Below, piece after piece: positions 32,392 to 42,505 of a stretch of DNA of 64,000 nt. Under the pieces are notes generated by a model. It searched no databases. It was not told the origin of the DNA and saw nothing but the letters and a program-made list of their open reading frames with translations. A program made the position numbers and the translations under genes. Location: the NCBI GenBank assembly GCA_043754535.1, contig JAYUUN010000001.1, forward strand, positions 461 to 64,460. The letters are read 5' to 3'. This DNA comes from Chloroflexota bacterium. Its GTDB lineage: Bacteria > Chloroflexota > Chloroflexia > QHBQ01. Positions within the stretch are counted from its first letter, which is position 1; each line of letters opens with the position of its first letter.

Positions 32392-35300
32392 CTAGCTGAT
32401 CTTGACCACTACGCAGTCGTTGGGGGCGAGGTCGCCAATTAGCTCGACGAAGGAGAGGCCTACGAGGCTGTTGCTCCAACTCGCCAGGTTCACTGTGCTG
32501 CCAAAGTAGCTGAATAGGGTCGCCACCTTGCCGCGCAGGTTGTGGCTGTCCAGCCGCTGTAGCTTGATGCGCCCGCGCTGGTGGTCGGGCAGGCGGTTGA
32601 GCAGGTAGAGCAGGTAGCCGTCATCAACCTTGTGGCTAACCACTTCGATGTCCAGGCTGGTCTGGTGGCGGCAGCCTACGCCGAGGGTAGTGACCAGGGC
32701 GCGCATGAAGCTGCGTAGCTCCGCCCGCTCCGACGTGGTGCTGGCGTAATACTGGCCGCTCATGTAGTGGCCGCCGAGGACGGTGCCGATCAAGGTGCTG
32801 CTGCCCTTGCCGACCGCTGTAGTGTAGGCCACAGTCTGACCTTTGTGCCTGAGCAGTGGTTGCGCCTGCCCATCCTGCACCGCCAGATAGTAGTCGCCGC
32901 GCACCTGGCCGCCGAACACGCTATCCAGCCTGACTGTGGGCAGTTTGGTGTTGGTGAAGACGAGGATCGGCTCGAAAGCATCCATGATGTGACCGCTGTA
33001 GGGGTGCTTCGCCAGGAGAGCCTTGCGCTGGCGGTTGTAGCCGAGCAGCCAGCGGCTAGCGAGGGCAGTCAACGCCTGCCGCAGTCCCAGCCAGCGTTCC
33101 TTGCTCACCACTTCGGGGTAGAGTTCGCCAGAGAGCAGGCCATTGCCTTGCAAGTCGTAGCGCAGCGGTTGGGGGAAGGTGACGAGGTGGCCACCAGCCT
33201 TCACGTATGCTAGCAGCTTCGCATATTCGGCGCGGTCAGCATAACCCTTGCTGGGGAAGAAGATCACCCGCTGCTGTTGCAACTCCTCTGCGCTCACGGT
33301 CGCCAGGTTGAGCGGGCGGGGGTTGTAGCCTGCGTTGAGTAGGACAGCGAAGGGGCCGTGCTGCCCATGAAAGTTACTGAAGTATTGTACTGGGTTCTGC
33401 AAGCCGACCAATGGCAGGTACTCAGCATAGCTGAAGCGATAGTTGGGCTGGTAGTAGGCGTAGCCAATCTCGTCGTAGATTTCTTTGGCGGCCAGCAGGT
33501 CGGCGGTATGCTGGCTGATGAAGCGGTGTAGCTGGCTGATCAGTTCGTAGCGCGGCCCTGGTTGCGCGTCCTTGTCCAGAATAGCCTGGTACTGGTAGAG
33601 GCTGCCGTCGATCTCCACCCCATCCATTGCGCTGTACATCACACTGCCACGCAAGCCGTGCGCCAGGCAGGCGACATAGCTCTGCAAAATCGCTGCGTCG
33701 CTGAGGTTGCTGCGGGGGTCGAACCAGCCTGAGCCAAGCTCGAAGGCCAACAGCGGCTTGTCAGGGCGTACCTCTGGCTTGACCACGGCGGGGTAGGTGC
33801 TGCCGCCCCAGGGAAAATCGGCTGCGTGGCTGGCGGCGGTCTGCTTGAGGTAGATGTCGATCCCCTGCCAATCGCCCACCGCCGCCTGTGTGTGTGGATC
33901 GCAGGGCGAGTGGTAGGTGAGGGCGGTATTGAGGATGATCGGCAGGGTGATGCCCGCCCCCTCGGCCACCCCGCGCAGCCAACGCAGGTAGTCAACTACA
34001 TAACCCTCGTAGAACTGCTGCCAGTCCAGAGCTTGGGCGGTTGTTGCGCCCTTCCTGGGTGGCTCCAACCCGGCTTCGCTGACGTACTTGCGGTGGTGTG
34101 CCTTGCCGACGCTAGCGAGGTCGCCATAGCGTTGCAGCAGCCAGGCGCGGTACTGGTCGCGGGTAGCGGGGTTGAAGTCCCACAGGCCGAGGCCGTTCTG
34201 CTGCACGAAGCCCGGCTCGTTGTCCAGTTGCCAGGCTACAACCGGTTTGTCCAGGTAGGGCTGGATCGCACTGGCTACCGCTGCAATCCAGGCCGCTACC
34301 TTCGCCCGATAGGTGGGGTCACCCATTGCGTGGCCGTACCAGAAGTCGCCGCGGATTAGCTTGCCTCCTGGCCCCCGCATTACTGTTTGCGGGTAGCGTT
34401 CGCCTAGCCAGAGTGGGTGGCCGAGACCGTTGTACTCGGCGTAGATGAAGGGGCCAGGCCGCGCGATGAACGGTAGCTCAAACTCGTGCAGCAAGTCTAG
34501 CAAGCCCAGCAGGTTGCGGCGCGGGTCACTCGTGCCAGCGAAATCCAGCACCCCCTCCTGCGGCTCGTGCCAGACCCAGGGGATGTAGCTGGCAATGGCA
34601 TTGAAGCCAGCCTCCTTCAGGCGGCGTAGGGCGGCGGGCCAGAGATTGGGCGCGATGCGGAAGTAGTGCAATTCGCCTGCCCGCAGGTAGAGGGGCTGCC
34701 CATCGAGGTTGAGGTGGTAGTTGCTGGCAGTCAGTCTGCTCATCGGTGTAGCCTCCGAGAATAAGCGGTTGGGGGTGATGGTGATGTTGAGGAAGCCGAA
34801 AGCGAGACCTTGTGGGTACGGATCGTCCCCCCCCGCTTGCCTAGGGGCTACTTCGGCTGGCTCCTCCGAGTAGAAGCTGAGGAGATTGCTGCCCGCCCGC
34901 AGGTTCAGGCTGAGGCTGATCTGCTGCTGGGCATTCTTGACCGCCAGGGCCGTTAGTGGTGCATCATTGAGGTTGAGGCGGATGTGGCGCATCTTTGCTG
35001 CCGCCTTAGCGACCTCGGCTGCCGAACCGTCGGCTAGCTTGAAGTAGGCGTAGATTGTGGTGGTTAGCTGCGCGCTGGTTGCTACTGGCGACCAGATGCT
35101 GAGACCAACTTCGCGCCCGCTCGTCCAGCGCGAAGGATTGTGGCCGTTCGGCTCGCTCTGGAAGGGGTACCAGCCGCCGCCCGCCAGTTCCACTGCCAGG
35201 GGTGGACTGGTGGGTGGGGGTGGCACGCGGTAGGTGAGAATGTCGTCGGCCTGCTGGGTGGGCGGCTGCTGCGGCCAGATTACGTTGATCAGGTCAAGCA

Positions 35301-37113
35301 ACTGGTTCTTCTCCACTTCGCCCTTTGGTGGCGGCATGGCCGCGAAGCAGGCCAGGTGAACGTTGACGTAGCGGATGCCATAGTAGTTGAGGATGGTCGC
35401 GCCGCTGAGGGCTAGGTTGCGGCTGATGATGTCGGCAGCGGCGGGTAGCTGGCCTTCTACAAACAACTGACGGATGGCGGGGGTGTCGGCGGCAAATGGG
35501 TAGTCGTACTTGCGCGAGATGTAGCCGCCCAGCACCTTCTGCTGATGCACGGTCTGGTAGAGTTCGTACTGTGGGGCGCAGTTGTTGGGCAATTCCAGTA
35601 CTGCGTAGCTGCCAGGCGCGTCTTGAGCCAACCTGTGGTAGAGGGCGGGACTGATAGTGCTGGTCAGGGGCTGACCGCCCGTTGGCACGCTCTCCACAAA
35701 GATTAGCAGGCAGAGGAGTAGTGGCAGCGCAACAGGAGCAAGGCGAGTAGTCACCCTACTGTTGCGCCCCCATGCGTGTACCGCTGCCAACAACGCTGCT
35801 GTACCAAGCGTCGCCAGCACAGCCACACAGAGCATCCCTGGCAGGCTGAAGCGACCAGCAACACGGGCGATGCTGCCTAGCGGGGTGAAGCGCAAGAGGT
35901 AGAAGGGGAGGGGCAGGCGGCTGTCCTTGCCGAAGGGGTGAAAGAGCGCGTCCACGTCCTGCGCGTCGGTGTTTGCGAGGCCACCTGGCCCCAGCTTGAG
36001 GTAGGGGCCGAGGGCGAGCAGGAAGCAGAATAGGCCACTGAGCGCGAAGAAGCTGGTGTAGCGGCGGCGCACACCCCCAGCCCTGACCCCAGCAACCACG
36101 CCGCCGACCGCTAGCAGCCCTGCGAACAGGCCAATGAACCAGCTAACCTCCGTTATGCCCAGTGCTGCATTGCCCCAGAGCAGTGATGGCCCTGGCTGCA
36201 CAAACTGGGGTAGAGCAGCAGCGTTGTAGACAATGAAGCTCTCATCGGCTAGCACCGGCTTGTTGGCCGCGAGTTCGCGCCCCATAGCCAGCAGCAGGGG
36301 GCTGACTACTAGCGCAAAGCCGCCGAGGGCAATAGCTGCCTGCCGTAGGATCAGCAGGCGGGCTGCCCGTCCCTCAGCAGCAGGGGCCATAGGTTCTGGG
36401 TGGGTGACCTGCCAGAGGATCAGCAGCCCAGCGAAGACGAGCAGGAACAGGCCATAGTACCAGGTGTGCTGCGAGGCAAGGATGATGAAGGCGGCAGCGA
36501 CCACGGCATCGCGCCAGCGGTAGGGTGGACGTAGGGCGCGTAGCAGGTAGAGCGCGCCGAAGGGGAGCCACTGGATGCTGATCAACTCCAACTGACCTAG
36601 GCGCACGAAGCTAGCTGCTGCTGCACAGTAGGCGAAGACCACGCCCGCTACCAACGCGGCGTAAGGGGAGGCGGCTATAGCAGGGCGGGGGTCGAGGGCA
36701 AGTACGTAGTTCGCTAGCAGGTATGCGCCCCAGGCTGCCAGGGTGAGGTTGAGGATCACTAGCAGGTTGAAGCTGGTGGTCAGGCTGAAGAACGCTTGCA
36801 GCGGGATGGCAAACAAGCCGCCAAGCTGGTTGAGGGCGTGGAAGCGTAGGCTGACCCCAGTGGGGTAGAACAGGTAGTCAGTCTGGAACGGGGACTGATG
36901 CAGATCGAGCAAGGCGTGGCGCGTCCACCAGAGGTTCCAGAGGTGCGCCCAGGCATCGCTGCCGCCCGCCAGGATCACGCTGTCACCCAGGTGCAGGACT
37001 AGCGGCCAGCTAAAGATGATAGTAAGCAGCAGATAGAAGGGTAGGGGAAGCAGATGTTGCCACCGGCTGGCTCTTGCTGTCTTGGGGCTGGAAGGGGCTG
37101 GCTGCTCAATCAT
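32392..37113 (-). CDS. 1573-aa fusion: N-terminal polytopic GT-C/YfhO-like membrane domain plus C-terminal GH35-type beta-galactosidase domain
   Basis: N-terminal ~600 aa with many TM segments (GGSDAWAHLWNLWW loop). GH35 blocks ASYIPWVWHEPQEGVLDFAG, RPGPFIYAEYNGLGHPLWL, WQLDNEPG, AFELGSGWFD. Later a GATase-like block VIFFPSKGYADRAEYAKLLAYVKAGGHLVTFPQ. Confidence 0.7.
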   Translation of the reverse strand: MIEQPAPSSPKTARASRWQHLLPLPFYLLLTIIFSWPLVLHLGDSVILAGGSDAWAHLWNLWWTRHALLDLHQSPFQTDYLFYPTGVSLRFHALNQLGGLFAIPLQAFFSLTTSFNLLVILNLTLAAWGAYLLANYVLALDPRPAIAASPYAALVAGVVFAYCAAAASFVRLGQLELISIQWLPFGALYLLRALRPPYRWRDAVVAAAFIILASQHTWYYGLFLLVFAGLLILWQVTHPEPMAPAAEGRAARLLILRQAAIALGGFALVVSPLLLAMGRELAANKPVLADESFIVYNAAALPQFVQPGPSLLWGNAALGITEVSWFIGLFAGLLAVGGVVAGVRAGGVRRRYTSFFALSGLFCFLLALGPYLKLGPGGLANTDAQDVDALFHPFGKDSRLPLPFYLLRFTPLGSIARVAGRFSLPGMLCVAVLATLGTAALLAAVHAWGRNSRVTTRLAPVALPLLLCLLIFVESVPTGGQPLTSTISPALYHRLAQDAPGSYAVLELPNNCAPQYELYQTVHQQKVLGGYISRKYDYPFAADTPAIRQLFVEGQLPAAADIISRNLALSGATILNYYGIRYVNVHLACFAAMPPPKGEVEKNQLLDLINVIWPQQPPTQQADDILTYRVPPPPTSPPLAVELAGGGWYPFQSEPNGHNPSRWTSGREVGLSIWSPVATSAQLTTTIYAYFKLADGSAAEVAKAAAKMRHIRLNLNDAPLTALAVKNAQQQISLSLNLRAGSNLLSFYSEEPAEVAPRQAGGDDPYPQGLAFGFLNITITPNRLFSEATPMSRLTASNYHLNLDGQPLYLRAGELHYFRIAPNLWPAALRRLKEAGFNAIASYIPWVWHEPQEGVLDFAGTSDPRRNLLGLLDLLHEFELPFIARPGPFIYAEYNGLGHPLWLGERYPQTVMRGPGGKLIRGDFWYGHAMGDPTYRAKVAAWIAAVASAIQPYLDKPVVAWQLDNEPGFVQQNGLGLWDFNPATRDQYRAWLLQRYGDLASVGKAHHRKYVSEAGLEPPRKGATTAQALDWQQFYEGYVVDYLRWLRGVAEGAGITLPIILNTALTYHSPCDPHTQAAVGDWQGIDIYLKQTAASHAADFPWGGSTYPAVVKPEVRPDKPLLAFELGSGWFDPRSNLSDAAILQSYVACLAHGLRGSVMYSAMDGVEIDGSLYQYQAILDKDAQPGPRYELISQLHRFISQHTADLLAAKEIYDEIGYAYYQPNYRFSYAEYLPLVGLQNPVQYFSNFHGQHGPFAVLLNAGYNPRPLNLATVSAEELQQQRVIFFPSKGYADRAEYAKLLAYVKAGGHLVTFPQPLRYDLQGNGLLSGELYPEVVSKERWLGLRQALTALASRWLLGYNRQRKALLAKHPYSGHIMDAFEPILVFTNTKLPTVRLDSVFGGQVRGDYYLAVQDGQAQPLLRHKGQTVAYTTAVGKGSSTLIGTVLGGHYMSGQYYASTTSERAELRSFMRALVTTLGVGCRHQTSLDIEVVSHKVDDGYLLYLLNRLPDHQRGRIKLQRLDSHNLRGKVATLFSYFGSTVNLASWSNSLVGLSFVELIGDLAPNDCVVVKIS

Positions 37114-37120
37114 GAGCGCG

Positions 37121-37129
37121 ATTATACCA
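37121..37129 (-). promoter_or_regulatory. extended -10 promoter (TGGTATAAT), 7 nt before ATG 37113 (leaderless candidate)
   Basis: The minus strand reads TGGTATAAT-CGCGCTC-ATG. Confidence 0.5.
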
Positions 37130-37180
37130 TACCAGCCTGGCTGCTTGCAGTCGGGGGTGCTATCGAGCAGGGTTTTCTTG

Positions 37181-37189
37181 TGCTATAAT
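37181..37189 (+). promoter_or_regulatory. extended -10 promoter candidate (TGCTATAAT) for gpmI
   Basis: TGCTATAAT lies in the divergent intergenic region, and AAGGAG lies 10 nt before ATG 37227. Confidence 0.45.
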
Positions 37190-37226
37190 ACAGCCCAAAC
37201 CCAGCCCGCGAAGGAGCAGACCGCCC

Positions 37227-38789
37227 ATGACCAGCCCGCAGCATCGCCCCCGCCCAGTAGTCCTGATCGTGATCGACGGCTGGGGCATCAACCCACGCAG
37301 CGAAGGGAACGCTATCGCCCTTGCCCAACCGCCGGTGATGAGCCGCCTTGCCCGCGAGTACCCAGCTACCGAACTAGGGGCCAGCGGCCTGGATGTGGGC
37401 CTGCCTGTCGGGCAGATGGGTAACTCCGAAGTGGGCCATCTCAACATCGGCGCAGGCCTGATCGTCTACCAGGACATCACCCGCATTGACCAGGCGATTG
37501 CCGACGGCAGCTTCTTTGCCAATGCCGAACTGCTGGCTGCCTGCGCTCATGTGCAGCAGAGCGGCGGCCACCTGCACCTGTTGGGCCTGCTTGGCTCTGG
37601 CGGCGTGCATAGCCACTGGCACCACCTCTACGCCCTACATCGCCTGGCCGTGCAGGAGGGGATTGGCGAACGCACCCGCCACCACTTCTTCCTTGATGGC
37701 CGCGACACTCCTCCCCGCTCTGCCCTCGGCTTTGTGCAAGAGGCGACCGCACAGATGGTGAAGGACGGCCCGGTACACGTTGCCACCGTCAGCGGTCGCT
37801 ATTATGCAATGGATAGGGACAATCGCTGGGAACGGGTACAGCGGGCCTACGCAGCTATCGTGCAGGGCGTGGGCGAACACGCCCCTGACGCAGCAACGGC
37901 GGTGCAGCACTCCTACGACCAGGGAGTGACGGACGAGTTTGTGCTGCCCACCCTGATCGGCGCAGGCGACAATCGGGTGCGGGCTGGTGACGCAGTGATC
38001 TTCTACAACTTCCGTAGCGACCGGGGCCGCGAGTTGACCAAGGCGATTACCCTACCTGCCTTCGATGGCTTCGAGCGTGGTGAGCAGGTGCGCGACCTCT
38101 ACTATGTGACCATGACCGAGTACGAGAAGGGGCTGCCGGTGCGGGTGGCCTTCCCCGCCAGTGACGTTGCCCACCCGCTGGCCGAGGTGGTCAGTGCGGC
38201 GGGTCTGCGCCAGTTCCACACCGCCGAGACCGAGAAGTACGCCCACGTCACCTTCTTCCTCAATGGCGGGCGTGAGGAAGCGTTCGCTGGCGAAGATCGC
38301 GAGCTAGTCCCCTCAGCCAAAGTTGCCACCTACGACCTGCAACCAGAGATGAGCGCAGCGGGCGTGACCGACGGGTTGATCAAGGCGATTGCCAGTGACA
38401 CTTATGACTTCTGCGTGGTAAACTATGCCAACCCCGACATGGTGGGCCACACAGGGGTGTTGGCGGCGGCAGAGCGGGCTGTCCTTACTACTGACCAGTG
38501 CATAGGCCGCGTAGTAGCTGCCACCTTGCCGCGAGGGGTGGTGATTATTACCGCAGACCACGGCAACGCCGAGACGGAGCTAGACTACGATAGCGGCCAG
38601 CCACACACCGCCCACACCAGCAATCCCGTCCCCTTCATCCTGGTCAGCAACGAACCCACTCTGAAGGCGGCTCAGCTACGTAGCGGAGGGCGGCTGGCCG
38701 ACATTGCCCCCACCATCCTGCAACTGCTTGGCCTGCCTGCCCCGGCGGAGATGAGCGGGCGTAGCCTGATCGAGCGGTTGCCAAGCTAA
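37227..38789 (+). CDS. gpmI: 2,3-bisphosphoglycerate-independent phosphoglycerate mutase
   Basis: RPVVLIVIDGWGI, MGNSEVGHLNIGAG, NYANPDMVGHTG, ITADHGNAE. Confidence 0.9.
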   Translation: MTSPQHRPRPVVLIVIDGWGINPRSEGNAIALAQPPVMSRLAREYPATELGASGLDVGLPVGQMGNSEVGHLNIGAGLIVYQDITRIDQAIADGSFFANAELLAACAHVQQSGGHLHLLGLLGSGGVHSHWHHLYALHRLAVQEGIGERTRHHFFLDGRDTPPRSALGFVQEATAQMVKDGPVHVATVSGRYYAMDRDNRWERVQRAYAAIVQGVGEHAPDAATAVQHSYDQGVTDEFVLPTLIGAGDNRVRAGDAVIFYNFRSDRGRELTKAITLPAFDGFERGEQVRDLYYVTMTEYEKGLPVRVAFPASDVAHPLAEVVSAAGLRQFHTAETEKYAHVTFFLNGGREEAFAGEDRELVPSAKVATYDLQPEMSAAGVTDGLIKAIASDTYDFCVVNYANPDMVGHTGVLAAAERAVLTTDQCIGRVVAATLPRGVVIITADHGNAETELDYDSGQPHTAHTSNPVPFILVSNEPTLKAAQLRSGGRLADIAPTILQLLGLPAPAEMSGRSLIERLPS

Positions 38790-38853
38790 AGCAAACGGCT
38801 GCGAATCTGCTATAATGTAGGCAGCGGCAGCAACAGCCAGCCGCTCGTTTGTT

Positions 38854-41595
38854 ATGCTGGGAGTGGAACAAGTGGCGCAGGTGACGAACAACCGTATAGT
38901 AGCACAGCAGCCGGGCAGCCACTGGCGACAGTGGCGCGCCAGTTTTGGCTGGAAGGGCATCGTCTTCCACCTGATCATCTTCTTTTTCTTCGCTAACATG
39001 GTCATCGTCGGCGCACAGAGCATTGGCACCATCGGCCAACCCTGGACTGGCCTCTACTTCAACTACTACTTCAAGGTGCTGGGGGCCGATCCGCCCAGCA
39101 CTGAACTTGCCCCTCAGCGCGACCCTCACGTTCTCAGGCGCGACATCATCGTGCTGATCGAGGGACAGTCGCCGCTAAACACCGAGCCGGTACTACGCGC
39201 AAAGTTTGCGGCGGGGGCCAAAGAGATCACCTACCTGGTTAAGCGCGGTAGCGGCAACTCTGCCACCGAGCTTGCTGTTACCAGCCGCCTACGCACCTTT
39301 GAGTGGGCCGATTACTTGGCCCTCTTTGGCATCGGCACGCTGGTGGGCTGGCTTTTCTTCATCACCGGCCTGGGGATTTATTACTTGCGGCCACAGGAGC
39401 GGCTGAACCAGGTGTTCATGCTGACGATGATCAACGCCGCCGCCTACCTGGTCGTTGGCTACGAGGGGGTGTACGTCTACCGACCCAATCCTCTAGACCT
39501 CAACTGGTTCGAGCAACTGGGCAGCGTATTGCTCTGCCTGTTGGGGGCAACCACCTTCCAGCTTGCCGCCAACTTCCCGGCGGTCAAGCCGTTGGTGCGC
39601 CGCCGCCCATGGGTGCAATACATCCTCTACCCCGTCGCCGCTGTGGTCGCCCTCATTGTTGTGATCGCGGTAGGCAGGAAGATCAGCAGCGTCATCTTGC
39701 ATCAAGATTTCGATGCTAGCCTCGCCTTCTTTGGTGCTGATTATGGTCTAGCGGGCTTCGGCACGGCGGCTCTGCTAGCGGGCATCATCTACGATGCAGT
39801 GAGCAGCCGCGAACCAACTGTGCGTCGGCAAGGGCGAATCGTGCTGGCTGGTGGGCTGCTGGGGGTTGGCCCCCTGCTGTTTTTCTACTTGATACCAACC
39901 ACCTTCGTCGGTCGTGCGCTGATAGAATTCAACCTCGGCTATGCCTTCCTGCTTTTCTTCCCGCTTTCGGTTGCCTACGCGATCATTCGCTACAAGTTGT
40001 TCGACTTCAACTTCCTGCTGCGGCGCACTATTGCTTATGTGATCGCCAGCCTCGTGTTCGCCTTCGGCTATCTCGTCTTTGTCGGCCTCTTGCAGGCGGC
40101 CTTCAGTGGCATTACCGGGCGTAGCACTATCCTTGCCAACATCCTCAGCACGGTGGGCATCGTTGTGCTTTTCAGCCCAGTCTACAACCGGTTCCGCCGC
40201 CTGGTCGAACGCTACTTCTTCCGCGAACGCTACGTCTTTCGCCACGCCATGTTGGACTTCAGCCGCCAAGTGCGCGACATCTACGATCAGGATGAATTGG
40301 GCAACCGCCTGGTGCGCGAGGTGACGGCGATCATGGACCTGCAAGGGGCAGCCCTCTACCTGGACGTGGCGGACGGCAGCCACTCCCTCCACCTCAGCCA
40401 CGTAGCTAGCAGCCGCGACGTGGGGGCCAACCAGCGCAGCCAACTAATCAGCTACGACGAGAGTGAGGAGCGAGCCGAGCAGTGGCGTGAAGGGCTACCA
40501 CTTGGCACAGAGGTGCGAGCTTGGCTGCTGAGCTACAACCGCCCGCTCAACATGGCGACCCTGCCCGATACTATCCCTAGCGACGGCGAGCCACTGTTGG
40601 CCTACTGCCTGGCAGAGAAGATCGCTATGTTTATCCCATTGGTGGTCGAGGGTCGATTGGTTGGGCTGCTGCTGCTGCGGCGCAAGCGGAGCGGAGCAAG
40701 AGTGCTGCGCGAGGACATTGACCTGCTGACCGCCCTGCTACCGCAGGTGACGCTAGCCCTACGGAATGCACAACTGCTAGCCGAGGCAACTGGTAGGCAA
40801 CGAGTGGTGACCGAGATGGAGATCGCCCGCGAGATTCAGCTTGGCCTCTTTCCGCGCCACATCCGCCAGCCAGTTGGCTACGCCATCCGCGCCACCTGCC
40901 TGCCTGCGCGGGAAGCTAGTGGTGACATCTACGATGTGGTAGAGATCGGCGAGCGGCTAGCCCTGATCGTCGCCGATGCGTGTGGCAAGGGGGTGCCAGC
41001 CGCGATGATGATGGGCCTGGCCCGCAATACAGTGCGGAGCGAGCTTGGCTACTACACCGACCCGGCCCCTACCCTGACCGCTGCCAACCGCTGGCTCAAC
41101 TACGACCTGGGTGACCGTAGCTTCGTAGCTCTCACCTATATGCTGCTCGACCCCATCCACCACCTCATCACCCTCAGCAATGCGGGTGGCCTATCGCCTA
41201 TCCTCTACCGCGCGGGGGTGTGTAGCTACCTCGGCACCACCGGCCCCAGCCTGCCGCTTGGTATCATCCCCGACATCGACTACCAGCAGGTGGAGGTGGC
41301 CTTGCAGCCGGACGATCTGGTGATCTGCTACACCGACGGGTTGGTAGAGGCGATCAACAAGGCAGAGGAACTCTACAGTTTTGAGCGACTAGAGGCGGCT
41401 ATCTGTGCCTGGGACGGGCAAGGCGAGGCAGAGGGGCTGATTAGCTACCTGATCAACGAAGTTAACCAATTTAGTGAGGGGGTGGCCCAGGCCGATGACA
41501 TCACTATCATGGTGATCTCCTACGCCCCCGTAGCCGCCACCATACCCCAACTGGGTAGCCAGCCAGCTTCGCCACATCTCCTACCAGTCGGATGA
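38854..41595 (+). CDS. membrane-bound SpoIIE/PP2C-family phosphatase with PDZ-like, polytopic sensor and GAF-like regions
   Basis: C-terminal EIQLGLFP, ASGDIYDV, VADACGKGVPAAMMMG, CYTDGLVEA, ADDITIMV (SpoIIE motifs). About 10 TM segments. An N-terminal extracytoplasmic block IIVLIEGQS...EITYLVKRG. Confidence 0.75.
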   Translation: MLGVEQVAQVTNNRIVAQQPGSHWRQWRASFGWKGIVFHLIIFFFFANMVIVGAQSIGTIGQPWTGLYFNYYFKVLGADPPSTELAPQRDPHVLRRDIIVLIEGQSPLNTEPVLRAKFAAGAKEITYLVKRGSGNSATELAVTSRLRTFEWADYLALFGIGTLVGWLFFITGLGIYYLRPQERLNQVFMLTMINAAAYLVVGYEGVYVYRPNPLDLNWFEQLGSVLLCLLGATTFQLAANFPAVKPLVRRRPWVQYILYPVAAVVALIVVIAVGRKISSVILHQDFDASLAFFGADYGLAGFGTAALLAGIIYDAVSSREPTVRRQGRIVLAGGLLGVGPLLFFYLIPTTFVGRALIEFNLGYAFLLFFPLSVAYAIIRYKLFDFNFLLRRTIAYVIASLVFAFGYLVFVGLLQAAFSGITGRSTILANILSTVGIVVLFSPVYNRFRRLVERYFFRERYVFRHAMLDFSRQVRDIYDQDELGNRLVREVTAIMDLQGAALYLDVADGSHSLHLSHVASSRDVGANQRSQLISYDESEERAEQWREGLPLGTEVRAWLLSYNRPLNMATLPDTIPSDGEPLLAYCLAEKIAMFIPLVVEGRLVGLLLLRRKRSGARVLREDIDLLTALLPQVTLALRNAQLLAEATGRQRVVTEMEIAREIQLGLFPRHIRQPVGYAIRATCLPAREASGDIYDVVEIGERLALIVADACGKGVPAAMMMGLARNTVRSELGYYTDPAPTLTAANRWLNYDLGDRSFVALTYMLLDPIHHLITLSNAGGLSPILYRAGVCSYLGTTGPSLPLGIIPDIDYQQVEVALQPDDLVICYTDGLVEAINKAEELYSFERLEAAICAWDGQGEAEGLISYLINEVNQFSEGVAQADDITIMVISYAPVAATIPQLGSQPASPHLLPVG

Positions 41596-42505
41596 GCGGC
41601 ACAAGGGCGACCGCCGCCAGCCGCTGCAACGGTGCAAGGGTGGTGAGGCGGGGCCACAAGCGGCGGTAGGGGGTTGCACAGTAGGTGGCAGCCCCGGCTA
41701 GCAACAAGTACCCCAACCAGCCAAACCGTTGCGGCTTGAACATCGCCAGCCCAGCCAGCAACGGGCCGAGGGTGTAAGTAGCGTAGCGGATCGTGTGCCG
41801 CCTGCGCCACAGGTCGGCCTTGCCGTCCCCCCGTGCGTAGCGGTAGTATTGTCGCCAGAAGGAGCGCAGGTTGGAGCGTGGGCGGTAGCTGGCAACAGCA
41901 GCGGCGGCGAAGGGAAAGGGTGCGCCTGTGTAGGCGCGCAAAGCGAAGTCAAATAGCAAGTCCTCGCAGTAGTCCAGCCACTCTGGGTAGCCACCCACCG
42001 CCTGCCACGCGGTCTTGCGGAAGGCGATGCTGCGGCTGGAGGGTAGGAAGTGGGCTGGCTCGATCTCGGCCAGATCGGGTAGGGTGGTAGCCCCCAGCGC
42101 GACCTCGAAGGTCGTCTGTGGGTCGGCCTGGAAGAAGCCACTGACAGCTTGTACGCTTGCCGCGCTGAAGGGGGCGATCAGTTCGGCTAGCCACTCGCGG
42201 CTAAGGCGCACCCCCCCATCGGTGGCGGCGATCACTTCGCCCTCGGCAGCGGCAATCGCCAGGTTGCGGCCTTGCGCGATGTTTACCCCTGGTGCGCTGA
42301 CCACCTGCACTGGCAGGTTGATGGCGTACTCGGCTAGCAGGGTCAGGGTAGCATCACTGCTACCTGCGTCCACCACTACGATCTGGTCAGGCGGACGGCT
42401 CTGGAAGGCAATAGAGGCAAACAGGGCAGGCAGGCTTTCTGCCTCGTTCAACAAGGTCATGATCAGCGATACGCGCAAGTTGCGGCCCTGATCCGTGCTG
42501 CTCAC
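41507..42505 (-). CDS. family 2 glycosyltransferase
   Basis: VSLIMTLLNEAESLPALFASIAFQSRPPDQIVVVDAGSSDAT (GT-A N-terminal motif), DGG, C-terminal hydrophobic segments. The GTG start overlaps the gpsA stop (GTGA). Confidence 0.75.
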   Translation of the reverse strand: MSSTDQGRNLRVSLIMTLLNEAESLPALFASIAFQSRPPDQIVVVDAGSSDATLTLLAEYAINLPVQVVSAPGVNIAQGRNLAIAAAEGEVIAATDGGVRLSREWLAELIAPFSAASVQAVSGFFQADPQTTFEVALGATTLPDLAEIEPAHFLPSSRSIAFRKTAWQAVGGYPEWLDYCEDLLFDFALRAYTGAPFPFAAAAVASYRPRSNLRSFWRQYYRYARGDGKADLWRRRHTIRYATYTLGPLLAGLAMFKPQRFGWLGYLLLAGAATYCATPYRRLWPRLTTLAPLQRLAAVALVPLIRLVGDVAKLAGYPVGVWWRLRGRRRSP

